Shown here one piece after another: positions 1 through 12,412 of a stretch of DNA of 64,000 nucleotides (position 1 is its first letter; the number at the start of each line of letters is the position of its first letter). The notes below the pieces were generated by a model. That model was given only the letters and a program-made list of their open reading frames with translations, was not told where the DNA came from and made no database searches. Made by a program: the position numbers and the translations under genes. Origin of the DNA: Octopus sinensis (lineage: Eukaryota); NCBI RefSeq assembly GCF_006345805.1, contig NC_043000.1, forward strand, positions 34,224,001 through 34,288,000, in the 5' to 3' direction.

Positions 1-237
1 GAAAATGTTCAGAAAAAATATTAAAAGGTAAAAAAATTGAAAAGAAATCAAAGGATTGAATTTGAACATCAATAATTCACTCTGAAATTAAAAATTAGAA
101 ATTAAAAGTTACAATAGGGTAGCGAAAAAGCTCCCTCACTCCTACAAAACATTTAGAATTAAAAAAAAATTATATGTATTGAAACAAAAATTATAAATAG
201 AATAAAAATAAAATACAAAATATAGATAAAAATATTC

Positions 238-523
238 TTTTCTACTCTAGTTTATCGAACCCGAAAGGATGAAAAGCGGAATTTGAACCCAGAACGTAAA
301 GACAGACGAAATACCTATTTCTTTACTACCCACAAGGAGCTAAACACAGAGAGGACAAACAAGGACAGACAAACGGATTAAGTCGATTATATCGACCCCA
401 GTGCGTTACTGATACTTATTTAATCAACCCCGAAAGGATGAAAGGCAAAGTGGACCTCGGCGGAATGTGAACTCAGAACGTAGCGGCAGACGAAATACCG
501 CTAAGCATTTCGCCCGGTGTGCC
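238..523 (-). mobile_element. tRNA-derived SINE, family B (partially dimeric copy)
   Basis: Contains the motifs gaaaggcaaagtggacctcggcggaatgtgaactcagaacg and gaaataccgctaagcatttcgcccgg, which recur at 12199, 36945, 41655 and 63452. Confidence 0.8.
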
Positions 524-718
524 ATCTTATCTTGGGTATCTACTCTTCCTTTTGTTTTGTTGTAACAAGTTTCTTTTCAGCACTTTTTGAATCAATTGAA
601 GGCTGAGAGTGCATTGTACTCATAAGTGTGACAACATAATAAGATAGGATCATAGAATCCTTTTGAAATCCAAATATTCTGCTGTTGATTTCTCTTCCTT
701 TTCCAATTATGAAAGCAC
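522..718 (-). mobile_element. piggyBac transposase fragment
   Basis: Closely matches 25005-25217 inside the piggyBac copy (ccatcttatct..gggtatctactcttccttttgttttgttgtaac...gaaagcac), with a short internal deletion. Confidence 0.8.
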
Positions 719-719
719 G

Positions 720-1250
720 CCCATGTATGTATATATATCCAGAGAAGATTCACAAAGAAGATCGTCTCTTTGCAACGGCTCAGCTACTGGGAAAGGTTGA
801 AACAGCTAAGACTCTACTCCTTGGAGAGAAGACGGGAGAGGTATGCAGTAATATATATCTGGTAGATCCTGGAAGGAATTGTGCCAAATTTTGGCATTGA
901 AAGCTACACCAATGCCAGAACGGGACGACACTGTATAGTGCCAAAGATCCCAGCAATGCCATCACGCTTCAGGACCAGTTACTGCAACAGCCTGGGTTTC
1001 AAAGGCCCACAGCTTTTTAATATTCTCCCAAAGAGTCTGAGGAACTTGCACAAAGTAGATGTAGGGACTCTTCCTGTCGAGAGTCCCAGATGAACCTACC
1101 TCACGGCAAGAGGTGCAAATGAGAGTAGCTATGTCAAACTCCATTCTTCACCAAGTGCCACATATTAGAGGAGGCTCTTAGTAATAACAGTGTAGCAAAA
1201 CGGTGGTGCATCAGCATGGCCGCCGCTCTGAACTGAAACTAGAGAGAAAA
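720..1250 (+). mobile_element. 3' end of a CR1/L2-group LINE (decayed)
   Basis: ORF 881-1093 reads GRHCIVPKIP...SLGFKGPQLFNILPKSLRNL, followed by frameshifted VPDEPTSRQEVQMRVAMSNS. This is a typical LINE ORF2 C-terminus; an A-rich end follows. Confidence 0.6.
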
Positions 1251-1269
1251 AAATATTGGACTGCTGAAA

Positions 1270-1428
1270 CTTACACGTTTTTTTTTACTTCACTCTCTCA
1301 GTTTATTTCCTCTTACTCCTTTCTGTCGAAGAGCTTAAGCTCGAAACGTCAAACCAACACACTTACTTCTTGTTCCTACACCTGTCTTCGTCTTTTGTTT
1401 TTCTATAAATTTCAACTATATATATATG
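1270..1428 (+). mobile_element. Penelope-like terminal (pLTR) fragment with hammerhead-like motif at ~1320-1353
   Basis: ttt-CTGTCGA-A-GAGC ttaa GCTC-GAA-ACGT-C-aaa. Similar to the minus-strand terminus of the Penelope-like copy at 34722-34900, and ends in TATATA. Confidence 0.6.
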
Positions 1429-2052
1429 TTAATATCAAGGGCTATTACTGTGCGTAGAAGCCACACGCTATTACGCACAGTAACAGCCCTTCATATTATA
1501 ATGTATTTTATATATACCTTGTATTCATTTTATGCCTTAATTGGTTTGCACGCTGGTTACTCAATAAAATATTATATAGATTTTTATCCTTATATTTAAT
1601 ATATTATATTATATTATATTATATATATTAAGGGCATTACTACACGTAAATGCTTCACGATATGAGGGACTCTTAAACTCAAATCTACCATAATAAATAT
1701 ACAATGTACCGACAGCGAGGGAATGCAATTTGAAAGTCGCCTCTTAAAATCATATGATTTCATAGTTAGTGTACATAATCCACTTTCTAAGCGTCTGTGC
1801 AGGCATAATCAAGACAGATAAAAATGAACAACATTCAACATTCCAGACGAACACCTAATGCATCCAACACAGCACATAGAAATGTTTACACTTATATATC
1901 TATGTAAGAGGCTGGCATTTCGAATTGTATCTCGGTACACGTGTATATTCAGAGTAATTCAGGAATTAATATATTCCGGTTAAATTTTAAATTTTAAAAT
2001 AAAATCTTTATAAGAATTTATCAAGTAGTTAGCGTGAAAACTTTAAAATTAT

Positions 2053-2114
2053 ATACATACATACATACGTACATACATACATACATACATACATACATAC
2101 ATACATACATACAT

Positions 2115-2145
<31 letters not shown>

Positions 2146-2290
2146 CACAAACACACATATACATACGCATGCATATACATATATATATATACTGATATAT
2201 ATATATATACATACACATATATCTATATGTATATACACACATACATATATGCAAATATGTATATGTATATTCACATAAACATACACAAAA
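2053..2290. repeat. (TACA)n/(TA)n microsatellite
   Basis: Direct reading. Confidence 0.95.
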
Positions 2291-2329
2291 TGAAAATGCA
2301 AAAAATATAAAAACATGTAAAATATATAA

Positions 2330-2670
2330 AAATAAAGCCATTGACAAAAAAGTACAGGATTTCAAAATATGCTTGGTGGCATGCCGGCAGGTACCGAAGG
2401 CCTCGATTTTGGCATTTAGACATGTAGTGGTGTCCAGTGCGCTCGTCAGGATGAGCCACTTTTCTGTGTTGCAGACCACGCATTTTCGGCTACCATTGGC
2501 AAAGACTTTGCTTTTGCCTGAATTTTACTTTCGAGGATGGAACCAGAACCTTTCTCTTTCAACTACCACAAGTTGCCAAAGAGTTTCATGGTTTTACGCG
2601 TGCTCGAATTTCTAAAGGAGAAGGTATGGTTATTAAACCCCATCTTGAAGCTTCCTTCGTAAGCCCCAGA
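2330..2670 (-). mobile_element. Possible decayed DNA-transposase C-terminal Cys-rich domain (piggyBac-like)
   Basis: Minus strand gives GSRKCVVCNTEK then frameshifted ERTGHHYMSKCQNRGLRYLPACHQAYF, resembling a CxxC...CxxC-type tail. Confidence 0.35.
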
Positions 2671-3129
2671 TATATTTTAGTAGAGATTTTGTTGTCAGTA
2701 TTAATCGTTTTCACATTTTAAATTTGGAATTTTTTCAATACTTCATTACTTTTAATTTATTACTTCCTATTTCTTTAATTTTATGCTTAATTTTTGACGA
2801 TTATATTTAATAATTTGATTCATTTCCAGCGTTTTTTGCAAATTTAAGGTTTTTCTGAAAGATTTATTTTTAATCTTCAGATTCTAATTTTTATAACACT
2901 TTTATAACATTAATATCTCATATTTCATTCTTATTTCTAAGAAACTGTTCAATCTTGTACAATCTATTCTTCATATATTTATTTATTTACTATTTACTTC
3001 AGATGTTGAATCTCACAGAGGAGATTACAGGACCGAAAGAATTGGTGATTTACTGTTTTACAGTTAAGTGAAATCACGGCCAAAAAGTCACGTCTCTTAT
3101 GTTTATATCCCCCTCCTACATACACTCTG

Positions 3130-4082
3130 TCTCCCAGCAAATCTTCCCCTGTTCGGTGAACGTGTGTGGGCTCCGTTTGTGAGACACATCTTTCCTTGAC
3201 AGAACTGCAGTCCTGGGTGAAAGAAAAACTGACCCCTAGAGTATCGTCAGTTGCTCACAGCCCTCTACCAGTCGGGCATTGGGATCGCTGGATGTTCTAG
3301 TTTAGCAGTATATGTCCTTGGCCTAGCAGTGTTACCGGGTATGGACTACTACCGGTTCGAGATAAACTCTACAGGCACGGATGTGCTGTCAGACGGGCCT
3401 GACCGAGGTGGGTACAGAGCGATGAAACCGCTCTTCATGTACTCGTTCAGTGTCCGGCCGTTGTTGACTTGTGTGGTTATATCGAACAACTGCTGAGGCA
3501 TGTAAGACGGATCCGTTTATCGGCCGAGTCCATAGTAACGATTGCCCGCCGCCCAGCTTTAATCAGGCAGATGAGTGCAGTTTTCCTTTCCCTGATGGAT
3601 GTGGTGAAAGAGATTGTCTAGCGGAGGAGGTTGGAAGGCATGAGGACAGAGACATTCCTCTTTGGCAGATTTCATTTGGAGAGGAAAGTGAGGGAAGAGA
3701 GGAAGGTGTTGTCCTCGAATGAATGTATTGAATGATGGATCACTTTAAGTGCAGACCTATGAGTCGGAGTAAAGGATTTGGAGATGGCACTTGCCCTGGT
3801 GTTCAGAGAGATCTTGGACGGTGGAGTTCCTCGATTACTTCTAGAGGTCCTCCTATATGTGTAGAACCACATCACTATCATCCTTTTATTCCTTCTTTCT
3901 TTCTACTGTTGTATAATATGCATGCTTCCATTTTCTGTTTTATTGTAATCTTGTAATTTTTCTACATGTATATTATCTTTTATTTTATTTTTATAATTTC
4001 ATTATATGTAAACCTCAACACTTTGTGTCGTCTTTGTATTGTTATCCTCACCCTTCACCCTCGTGGCAAATAAAAGAAATTC
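3130..4082 (+). mobile_element. L1/Tx1-clade LINE 3' part (ORF2 zinc-knuckle region plus 3' UTR), decayed
   Basis: One frame reads LLPVRDKLYRHG..(stop)PRWVQSDETALHVLVQCP, a degenerate CCHC knuckle. The 3' UTR (cacccttcaccctcgtggcaaataaaagaaat) recurs inverted at 48678 and 59049. Confidence 0.75.
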
Positions 4083-4924
4083 AGTGGTGTTAGATATTAT
4101 CACAGTTATAAAAGAGTTTGAGCAGGAACAAACTTACAAATAAATGAGGGCTCTGGCATTTGGTAGGCAAGCATGAAAGAGAAGGTCAGAAAGAATGTTA
4201 CAGGAGAGTTCGAGCAGTCCTGAAATCTAAGTTAAATGCACGCAACAAGGTGTTAGCCATAAATTCTTTAGCAATTCCTGTTGTTATTTATAGTTTCAAT
4301 GTGTTAAACTGGAATGTCAGCGAAATAAAGAAAATTGACAGGAAATCCGTAAGTTGCTGACTTGCAATAAGATGCACCACCCAAAGACAGACACAGACCG
4401 TCTTTACCTTCCTAGAGCCCAAGGAGGTCGAAGCTTGATCCAATTCGAAATAATTTGCAAAACCACCACAAATGGCCTGGTTTTGAAACATCTAACGACT
4501 GGATGCTAAAATTCGTTGAGAATCACGAGAGACGTAAAAAGCTTAATTCTGTCACGAAGGAGAGTAAAAAATTTGCTAGTTCATGAATGGTACCCAGGTT
4601 GAATACCATGATAGAAGTGCAGTAACTGTAGTTGCAAAGAAGTGAGATCAATGGCAAAGGAAAAAGCGGCTGATTGGTGGGAACAAAAACGTCTGTATGG
4701 CAAATATGTGGTCCGTAGCAAAGAAGCTGATGTAGACCAGTAGCATACCTTCCAGTGGCTACGGAGCTCAGGACTAAAGTGAGCAAAGGCTTTATCTTGG
4801 CGGCTCAAGATCAGGGCTTATTGATCCCTAACTACGAAGCTAATACAGTTATACATTTTCGAGATGAGCAATTATTTACATTATTTACATTTGATGAATA
4901 TTTGTCCTCATCCTGTTTGTTGTT

Positions 4925-4968
4925 AACACAACGTTTCGGCTGATACCCTCCAGCCTTCATCAGGTGTC
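4925..4968 (-). ncRNA. Minimal type I hammerhead ribozyme (intact fold)
   Basis: Minus strand: GACAC-CUGAUGA-A-GGCUG gagggtat CAGCC-GAA-ACGU-U-GUGUU. Helix I 5 bp, helix II 5 bp, palindromic ACGU helix III. Confidence 0.8.
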
Positions 4969-5112
4969 TTGGGGAAATTGCACACGGGCATATGGCGTAG
5001 TGGTTAAGAGCGCGGGTTACTAACCCCAATATTCCGAGTTCGATTCCAGACAGTGACCTGACTAATAATAATAATAATAATAATAATGATAATAATAATA
5101 ATAATAATAATG

Positions 5113-5183
<71 letters not shown>

Positions 5184-5230
5184 TTGAAAAATACCTTAGG
5201 AATGAGAACCCAGGTTCGAAAATTCCCCAA

Positions 5231-5276
5231 GACACCTGATGAAGAGTGGAGGGTATATCAGCCGAAACGTTGTGCT
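5231..5276 (+). ncRNA. Minimal type I hammerhead, helix II damaged
   Basis: GACAC-CTGATGA-A-GAGTG...CAGCC-GAA-ACGT-T-GTGCT; GGCTG of the inverted copy is GAGTG here. Confidence 0.6.
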
Positions 5277-6127
5277 AACAACAAACAAGATGAGGACAAA
5301 TATCCGCCAAACGTAAATAATGTACGAAGCTAATATAATGAAAGATGGAGTAGACCCAAAGTGCCGGTACTGCAACGATGGGATAGAAACAGTAGACTAC
5401 CTAATCTCTGGGTGTAGAGTTTTAGCACCTGTAGAGTATAAATCAAAACACGACAGAGTTGGCCAATATCTACACTGGATAATGAGTCGGCATTATAAAA
5501 TCAAAACTGCTGACAAATGGCACAAGCATCACCCTGAGGCTGTAACTGAGGGAGCAAAGATAACGATTCGTTGGGACTTTCCAGTACATACAAACCGGAC
5601 TATCAAAGCTAATAAACCAGACATTGTTGTAAAAGACCAAAATAATAAAGTCTGTTTATTGATTGACATGAGCATACCCTGTGACTATAATATTTCGGCA
5701 AAAGAATTTGATAAGCTCAGAAAATATCAAGATTTGCTTATCGAAACCGAAAGGATGTGGCATCTCAAGATGGGTACAATACCAGTGATTGTAGGAGCAC
5801 TTGGAAATGGTCAAAACAGGAACTGAACATGATTTGAGAATTGAAGAAGTGCACAAAATTGCCACACGCATTGAGAAGAGCATTGTCGATGTGAATTTTC
5901 TTTTCTTTTCCCTTTGTTTTTTTTGTTTTCATTCCCCCCCATTTATAATTTTTCCTTTTTCCTTTTTCTTTCTTTCTTTCTTTCTTTCTTTCTTTCCCCT
6001 TTTTCTATCACATGACTTTGTAAATGAACAATCTGGTTGTTTATTTTAATGGCCTAACAATATATACAGTGAGTTTCTTTGCTCCGGGTGTCAGGAAGAC
6101 ACTCGGCAAGAAATGGAAACAAAATTC

Positions 6128-6167
<40 letters not shown>

Positions 6168-6191
6168 GAGAAGAAGAAGAAGAAGAAGGAA

Positions 6192-6660
6192 TATGCTCAC
6201 AGACACGACAGAGTTGGGACCTACATACAGTGGAAGCTATGCCAACATCATGGAATAACAACAGAAAAAGGATGGTATAGGCACACGCCAGAAAAGGTCA
6301 CAGAAAACGAGAAACCAACCATACTTTGGGATATGCCAATACACAGAGAAATTAAGGCCAACAGGCCAGATATAGTTGTCAGAGATCATGAAGAAAAAAA
6401 TGCTTTCTAAATGGTATCAATACCAGAAGATGACAACGTTTCTCTATTCAGACAAATACATAACAAAAACACCAGGACTTACAAATATATATAACATACA
6501 AAAAATTGCACTACTGGGCACTGCACACATCCTACGCAAAACACTTTTAATACAGTAACCATAAAGGCATCAAAACAAACCACAGCACACACCTAAGGCA
6601 CAGAGTTGCGTTCGGTAGTGAAGTGAAAGTACGATATAAAAATAAAACTACTGAAGAATA
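6192..6660 (+). mobile_element. R4/Dong LINE 3' fragment, second subfamily
   Basis: RHDRVGTYIQWKLC..WYRHTPEKV..ILWDMPI..KANRPDIVV and IQKIALLGTAHILRKTL; flanked by TAA/CAA repeats. Confidence 0.8.
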
Positions 6661-6801
6661 ACAACAACAACAACAGTAATAAATGTCCTGATCTATCTAA
6701 TGACCTGAAATATGAAATATCTTTTGCTAATGATGATGATGATGATGGTGATGACGATAACGACAACAACAGCAACAACAACAACAATAATGATCATAAT
6801 A

Positions 6802-7353
6802 AATGCCCTGAGGCAGTGCCTCTCATGGCTTCTGATCTTAACTGATTGTGTTATCATGTACACTGTTTTGTCTTAGTATAAAAAATGCAATACAGCAAAT
6901 ATTCTGCTCAATACCACAGATTTGCTTGTCAGTTGTTTGACCTTAAGCAGTTTAGCCTGTCCCTTAGTGGCTGACGATATGTGCATCTCTGATCACGAGC
7001 AGAAGTAGTGGGGGAGCATCATAGCCATGTGTTGAGAGGAATTCTTTGAGGTTTGGATAATTCACCTTTGGAAACACGGGTATTTCGTTCAACATTCTTA
7101 AACAACCCTTATTCAGGGACCTTTTGGGCAGGATGGGCTACTCGACCTGAACAAAATTCTAACTGGGATTCCACCTGCAAGGTCATGTGCTGTTTATCTT
7201 GATATGAGATCACCATATCGCGCACATATGGTTGTGATGCATGCACCTAGTGTACCCTTATCAGGTGGGTAGTCGTGATGGGTATACTGGGCTTCGTCTA
7301 TTTGTACCCCCAGTGTCACGTTGATGGCATGCACTACTCTCTCACTCAACAAT
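6802..7353 (+). repeat. Interspersed repeat, probably the 3' UTR of a TAA-associated non-LTR element
   Basis: Non-simple sequence between trinucleotide tracts ending ctctcactcaacaata, similar to the -ctcaataataa ends of Dong copies. Family assignment is inference. Confidence 0.4.
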
Positions 7354-7519
7354 ATCATCATCATCATCATCATTATTGTTGTGGTTGTTGCTTTTGTTAC
7401 GTTTCGGTATTTCTTATCAGCACAAGCTTAGTTTAATTAAACAAGAAATTCGCCAATTTAGGCTAGAGTAATTCAACACACGCGTTTCTCTGCACAAAAT
7501 GTCACTATGTAACGATTCT

Positions 7520-8107
7520 CCCTCTCTCTCTCTCACTCACTCCCTCTCTCTCTCAATCTCTCACTCTCTCTCTCTCTAACTCACTCTCTCTCTAACTCAC
7601 TCTCTCTCTCTCTCTCTCTCTCTCGCACACACACACAACAAGCGCCCTCACGCAACCGCATAGAAGCACACACAGAGAGCGACGCGTGGTCGTGTGATAT
7701 TTCTCGAAAATGTATGCACTGACGCGCGCCTGCGCACAGGTACGCCTTAATGCATAGAGACATACGAACACTTTCGGTTATTTTTAATAACTAGACATGC
7801 AACACGTACGCAACACAGACGCACAGACGCACGTGCAAATGGCGCATTAGCACGTCGCCTACAGATTAGTCTATTTCTCTCTCTCTCTCCCTGTCTGTGT
7901 GTCTGTCTGTCTTTTCATGTATACATGTGTGTGTATGTGTGTGTGTGTGTGTGTGAGTATATGTATATATATGTATTATATATATGTATATATATATACA
8001 TACACACACATATGTATATATATGTATACACACATACAGACAGACGCACACACACACATATGCATATACATATATACACATATACATATATACATACATA
8101 CTTATAT

Positions 8108-8157
<50 letters not shown>

Positions 8158-9200
8158 TATGTATATATGTATATATATATATATATATATAAATATATAT
8201 ATATATATGTATGCATATATATATAAATATATATATATATATACATGTATGTATGTATATATATATATATGTATACATGTACACATAATTACGTATACAC
8301 TCATATGTACATCGCTGCATACACACACATACATACGTACGCACGTACGCACGCGCACACACATGCACGCACGCACATACACACACATACATACACACGC
8401 CCAAATCGAAATGTAATTTCCAGAGCTGACATCCGATGTTATCAGTGCGTTGCTGCTATTTCTATCCGTTGCCACTTTCTTCTGTCCGATGTCAAATCCA
8501 CGCTCGTCGTCGTCGTCGTTGTCGTCGTCGTTGCTGTTGCTGTTGTTGCTGTTGTTGTTGTTGTTGTTGTTGTTGCTGTTCATCAGATTAGATGTTGATA
8601 GTTTCGTATCTGATCATCTCATATCGTCTCCTTAACAAATCTAATAATAGCCAACCTTCCGCCTGCTTACCCGTCTTCAATGGATAATACCTCGACCACT
8701 ACCTGTACCACCACCACCACCACCACCACCACCACATCCACCACCAGCGCCACCACTGCAACCGCCGACGCCACCACTGTGACCTGCATCATCGCCACCG
8801 GACCAGAATCCCGAAGACGGGATGACGATTCAAATAGTGATGTTAATAATGGTGTATAATGACGGTGATGATGATGATGATGATGATGTTAGTGGTGGTG
8901 CTGGTGGGGGTGGGGGGTTCGAGACCGGAATGATCGTGATGGAGGCGGCGGGGATCGTTGCGGTCTTTGTGTTTTTTTTGTTGTTGCTGTGGGGACGACG
9001 GTGTTGTTGAGGCAACGAGTGAGGACATTGGTTTTCTTAGGGGAACGTGGTGGCGGCGATGGTGGTGGTCCTTTTGTAATGATGGTTTTCTCGTAGGTTG
9101 TAGTGGTTGTGCTGTGATGGCAGTGGTGACGGTGTTGCTATGGTGATGCTATTGGTGATGATGCTTTGGTGATGGTGGTGGTGATGTTAGCAATCCTGCT
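7520..9200. repeat. Compound microsatellite/low-complexity block (CT, TG, TA, GTT, CAC, GAT, GTG)
   Basis: Direct reading; it accounts for the many overlapping low-complexity ORFs. Confidence 0.9.
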
Positions 9201-9399
9201 GATTTCTAACATATTCGTGAAGTCACAGATTCGGAGTGGGGGCGAGTTGAGGTGGAGTTAATATCTATGTGTGGAATAGTAGTGTAATTAATGTTAGGCG
9301 GGAGGGGAGAAATGGAGAACTGCAGTCTTCTGAGTGTTAGTAACCAATCCAGATCTTGTGGCCACCCCTGCACCGCCAGCAATGTCCTTCAAACTCTCG

Positions 9400-9545
9400 C
9401 GGTGTTCTGTGCTAAAGGTGACCAGAACGCAGTCCTCAACAAACAGCATTTCTCTCACTGTGTTGTATGTGGTTTTAGCTTTGCTGTGTAACATCTTAAA
9501 CAGGTTAGCATCGGGTCTTTTCCGTTTGTGCCTACCTCCTGTTTA
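9400..9545 (-). mobile_element. RTE/BovB RT fragment (YADD region)
   Basis: NLFKMLHSKAKTTYNTVREMLFVEDCVL resembles the RTE LFNL.RL.AKTK...VRELLFADDCAL motif. Confidence 0.6.
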
Positions 9546-9584
9546 ACTGCAGAATTCCTCTTGGAGAATTATTGGTACTTAGAG

Positions 9585-9799
9585 TACCTGGCTGATGACA
9601 GTCAAGGCTGATCTGAAACCCAACCTAGGCCCCCATATCTACGGCGTTCGCCGCTGGAATAAGGAGTGGTTGGAGATCACGCGGTAGTTAGCCTCAAATC
9701 GCCAGGTCTGGTAGGCGTTTGTGAGAGATGCAGCGTTGAGGATGAATGAAGCCAGCTCAACCCACCCCGGGTGAATGCTGTCTCAAGTCAAGTCAAGTA
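9585..9799 (+). mobile_element. RTE-clade LINE extreme 3' end with (CAAGT)n tail
   Basis: TVKADLKPNLGPHIYGVRRWNKEW...NRQVW.AFVRDA...EASSTHPG, then ctcaagtcaagtcaagt. Confidence 0.7.
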
Positions 9800-10139
9800 G
9801 TGCCATTACACCATCCTGCTTCACTTCTGTTACAACATAAAACTGTACAGAGTTTGATGTTCCCCTGCATAACCTGACCCCTTATATTAATGTGTAGGGA
9901 CTTGACCATGTGAGCGAATTTTTCCAGGTATCAGAACCATGTGAGTATCCACCTCATGTTCAACCGATTTCCCGGGTTGAATGTTTTTGTTGAAGGAATG
10001 TAATATTTTATTCTATTCAAAGCATTTCTCTAAAATGTGACAGGGACAGAATACTATCTCTATAATATTTCTTCCTCATATGAACCCATCTTGAATTTCG
10101 GACAAGACAAACTGCGATTTAACACTCAGCCTTTCAAGC

Positions 10140-10560
10140 AATATTATAACAGAAGGTTTTGATAGACTTGATTTCAGCCTATGACCTTTTTGCGTATAGG
10201 AACAATGTTTGCACATTTTCAGGCTCGATGGGACATCACCAGACTTCTAACATGTTTGGCTCCTTCATTTTCCACAACTTTTGCTGAAACAAAACTCATC
10301 TCTGGTTTCTATCTCAAAACTGATGTGGTTACAATCACCTCCACCTCCAAACTTCTATACGATCATCCCCTGAAGTGCTCTGCTTAGAGTATTGTTGATC
10401 CGTTAAACCGATCTGTTGAGCGACTCTGAGTTTCATTTGTCATAGAAGCAACATAATTTCATTGAAATCAATAGCAGTTTGCGGCTCGATTGTTTTGCGA
10501 TCCCTCTATTCTTGTTTCGTTCTGTATATGTATTATTGCAGTACCTTAGTGATTTCTTTG
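10140..10560 (-). mobile_element. Decayed LINE RT N-terminal fragment (probably the same RTE copy as 9400-9545)
   Basis: Minus strand shows W..GDVPSSLK..ANIVPIRKKG, matching the W..G.VP.DWK.A.IVPIYKKG motif; the order is consistent with 9400-9545 lying downstream. Confidence 0.45.
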
Positions 10561-11583
10561 GATTAAGCAGAGATTGAATGGATGTCAGGAACCTGGAGAT
10601 ATTTCTAAGAAGCATGGTTGTATTACTCTAACAGTCAAGCACGAGACAATCAAGACAATCCTGATGTTTCTTGCTTGGCTTCCAAAACATTCCCCATTTC
10701 ATTGGCTATGGTACAAAGAAGAGATCATCTTAAAATTATACTCCTGCGTTTTGTTGTTCTTTTTCCAGCTGTTTCAAAGCTTTGTGGACTGGTTAAGGAG
10801 GCCAATGGATATTTTGGTTAGGCGTCGTTGCCATACAAAAACCAAATCGCATATAAAGTTTTTAACGTATCACATTTATTTGCATAAATACACACAGACT
10901 GCGATAAAAATGCACACAGGATCACTGTCTACTCATAAATTACTGCTGAAATAAAACAGTTTAAAAAAACCCTAACATTATTCGTAAATGAAACGGTTGA
11001 TCAGATTACCTTTGGTCGTGATAGATGGGGCGCTTTAGAAAACGCGAGAAAATCGTTCATAAATTCCCTGGATTATTTGTAACAAATACGAAAAACTTTG
11101 ACCGAGTCTTTATGAAATTAAAAAATATGATATAATATTTGATTGAAACATTTTCATCAACTGAAATCCAAATATGTTGGACGGACATGTGGAACGATAA
11201 CCGCAGGCCATATATGGATCAGAAGAGAAATGGTTGAAGTAATAATAGATCCATCGTAGTTAGCAGGTAACTTTAAAAAATATAATAAAGACTGCTAGCC
11301 GCTAGAAATATCGGAATTTATAAAGAACCTACTTTATTGCTAAAACATATAGCCGGTATCCATGAGATTGTGACAAGCAGGCACTTAAATAAATCCTGGT
11401 AGGACGTCTATAACGAATAGCTGAAAATCACTTGATAAACGTCAGACTGGAACACAGAGCCATTTGTGAGCTGATGGCATTTGCAAACACCTAGCGTCAA
11501 TGGCGCTTGTTTGATTTACGATTAAAATTCCCTAATATAGGCTGTCTCACAATATAATACTGTGAAATTAATTATAACAAAGC

Positions 11584-11967
11584 TGTGGAGGTGCAGTGGC
11601 CCAGCGTTTAGGGGCAGCGAACTCGCGGTTGTGGGATCGCGGTTTTGATTCCCAGACTGGGCGTTGGGAGTGTTTATTGAGCGAAAACACCTAAAGCTCC
11701 ACGAGGCTCCGGCGGGGGTCGGTGGTGAACCCTGCTGTATTCTTTCACCACAACCTCCTCTCACTCTTTCTTCCTGTTTCTGCCGTACCTGTATTTCAAA
11801 GGGTCAGCCTTGCTACACACTGTCTCAAGCTGAATCTCCCCGAGAACTACATTAAGACTACACGTGTCTGTGGAGTGCTCAGCCACTTGTACGTTAATTT
11901 CACGAGCAGGCTGTTCCGTTGATCGGATCAACTGGATCCCACGTCGTCGTAACCGACGGAGTGTCAC
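11584..11967 (+). mobile_element. tRNA-derived SINE, family A1
   Basis: Head tggaggtgcagtggcccagcgtttagggg...gattccca; tail cacgagcaggctgttccgttgatcggatcaactgg...gtaaccgacggagtg. At least four other copies in the window. Confidence 0.9.
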
Positions 11968-12198
11968 GATAATAATGCTGGTGACTGGCAGCAAAATAAA
12001 GATTTTCTGAATCAATCGGCAGCTGAAGAAATGCAGCATTCCAGTCTCTAGTCTAAATCGCTTCTACTGTTGACCTTAGAACCTGGAGGCATCTCTTTTA
12101 GCATGTGTTACAGTGATGGTGGTAGGATAATAGAACGACTAGGAAGACAACGCAAGTGTCTTACATCCGTTTCTGCATAAACGAACATTGGAGACGTA

Positions 12199-12412
12199 TT
12201 CTTTTCTTCTCTAGGTACAAGGCCCGAAAGTTTTGGAGAGGGGGCCAGACGATTAGATCGATCCTAGTACACAACCGATGTTTAATTTATCGACCCCGAA
12301 AGGGTGACAAGCAAAGTCGACCTCGGTGGAATTTGAACTCAGAACGTAAAGACAGACGAAATATCGCTAAGCATTTCGCCCGGCGTCCTAACGTTTCTGC
12401 CAGCTCGCTGCC
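12199..12412 (-). mobile_element. tRNA-derived SINE, family B
   Basis: gtcgacctcggtggaatttgaactcagaacg...gctaagcatttcgcccggcg..ctgccagctcgctgcc. Confidence 0.85.

Larger units (their letters stand above)
4846..5322 (+). mobile_element. tRNA-headed SINE-like element with hammerhead-containing Penelope-type tail and inverted 5' copy of the tail; 13-bp TSD
   Basis: TSD TACGAAGCTAATA at 4833-4845 and 5323-5335; A-box TGGCGTAGTGG 4993-5003; B-box GAGTTCGATTCC 5036-5047; (TAA)n linker; 4880-4979 is the reverse complement of ~5220-5324. Confidence 0.85.
4095..5895 (+). mobile_element. R4/Dong-clade (RLE-type) LINE, 3' portion, interrupted at 4846-5322
   Basis: Reads KECYRRVRAVLKSKLNARNKVLAINSLAIPV, then GFILAAQDQGLLIPNYEANIMKDGVDPKCRYC (rejoined across the insertion), the CCHC knuckle, KHD, and the PDIVV...LLIDMSIP PD-(D/E)xK endonuclease motif (ORF 5320-5826). 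Confidence 0.9.

Noticed and set aside
4985-5060. Genuine tRNA gene
   Set aside because: A and B boxes are present, but the acceptor stem does not close and the sequence runs into a TAA linker and retroelement tail within a TSD; it is a SINE head.
11000-11500. Possible RTE 3' remnant
   Set aside because: Only faint motif resemblance; too decayed to support a call.
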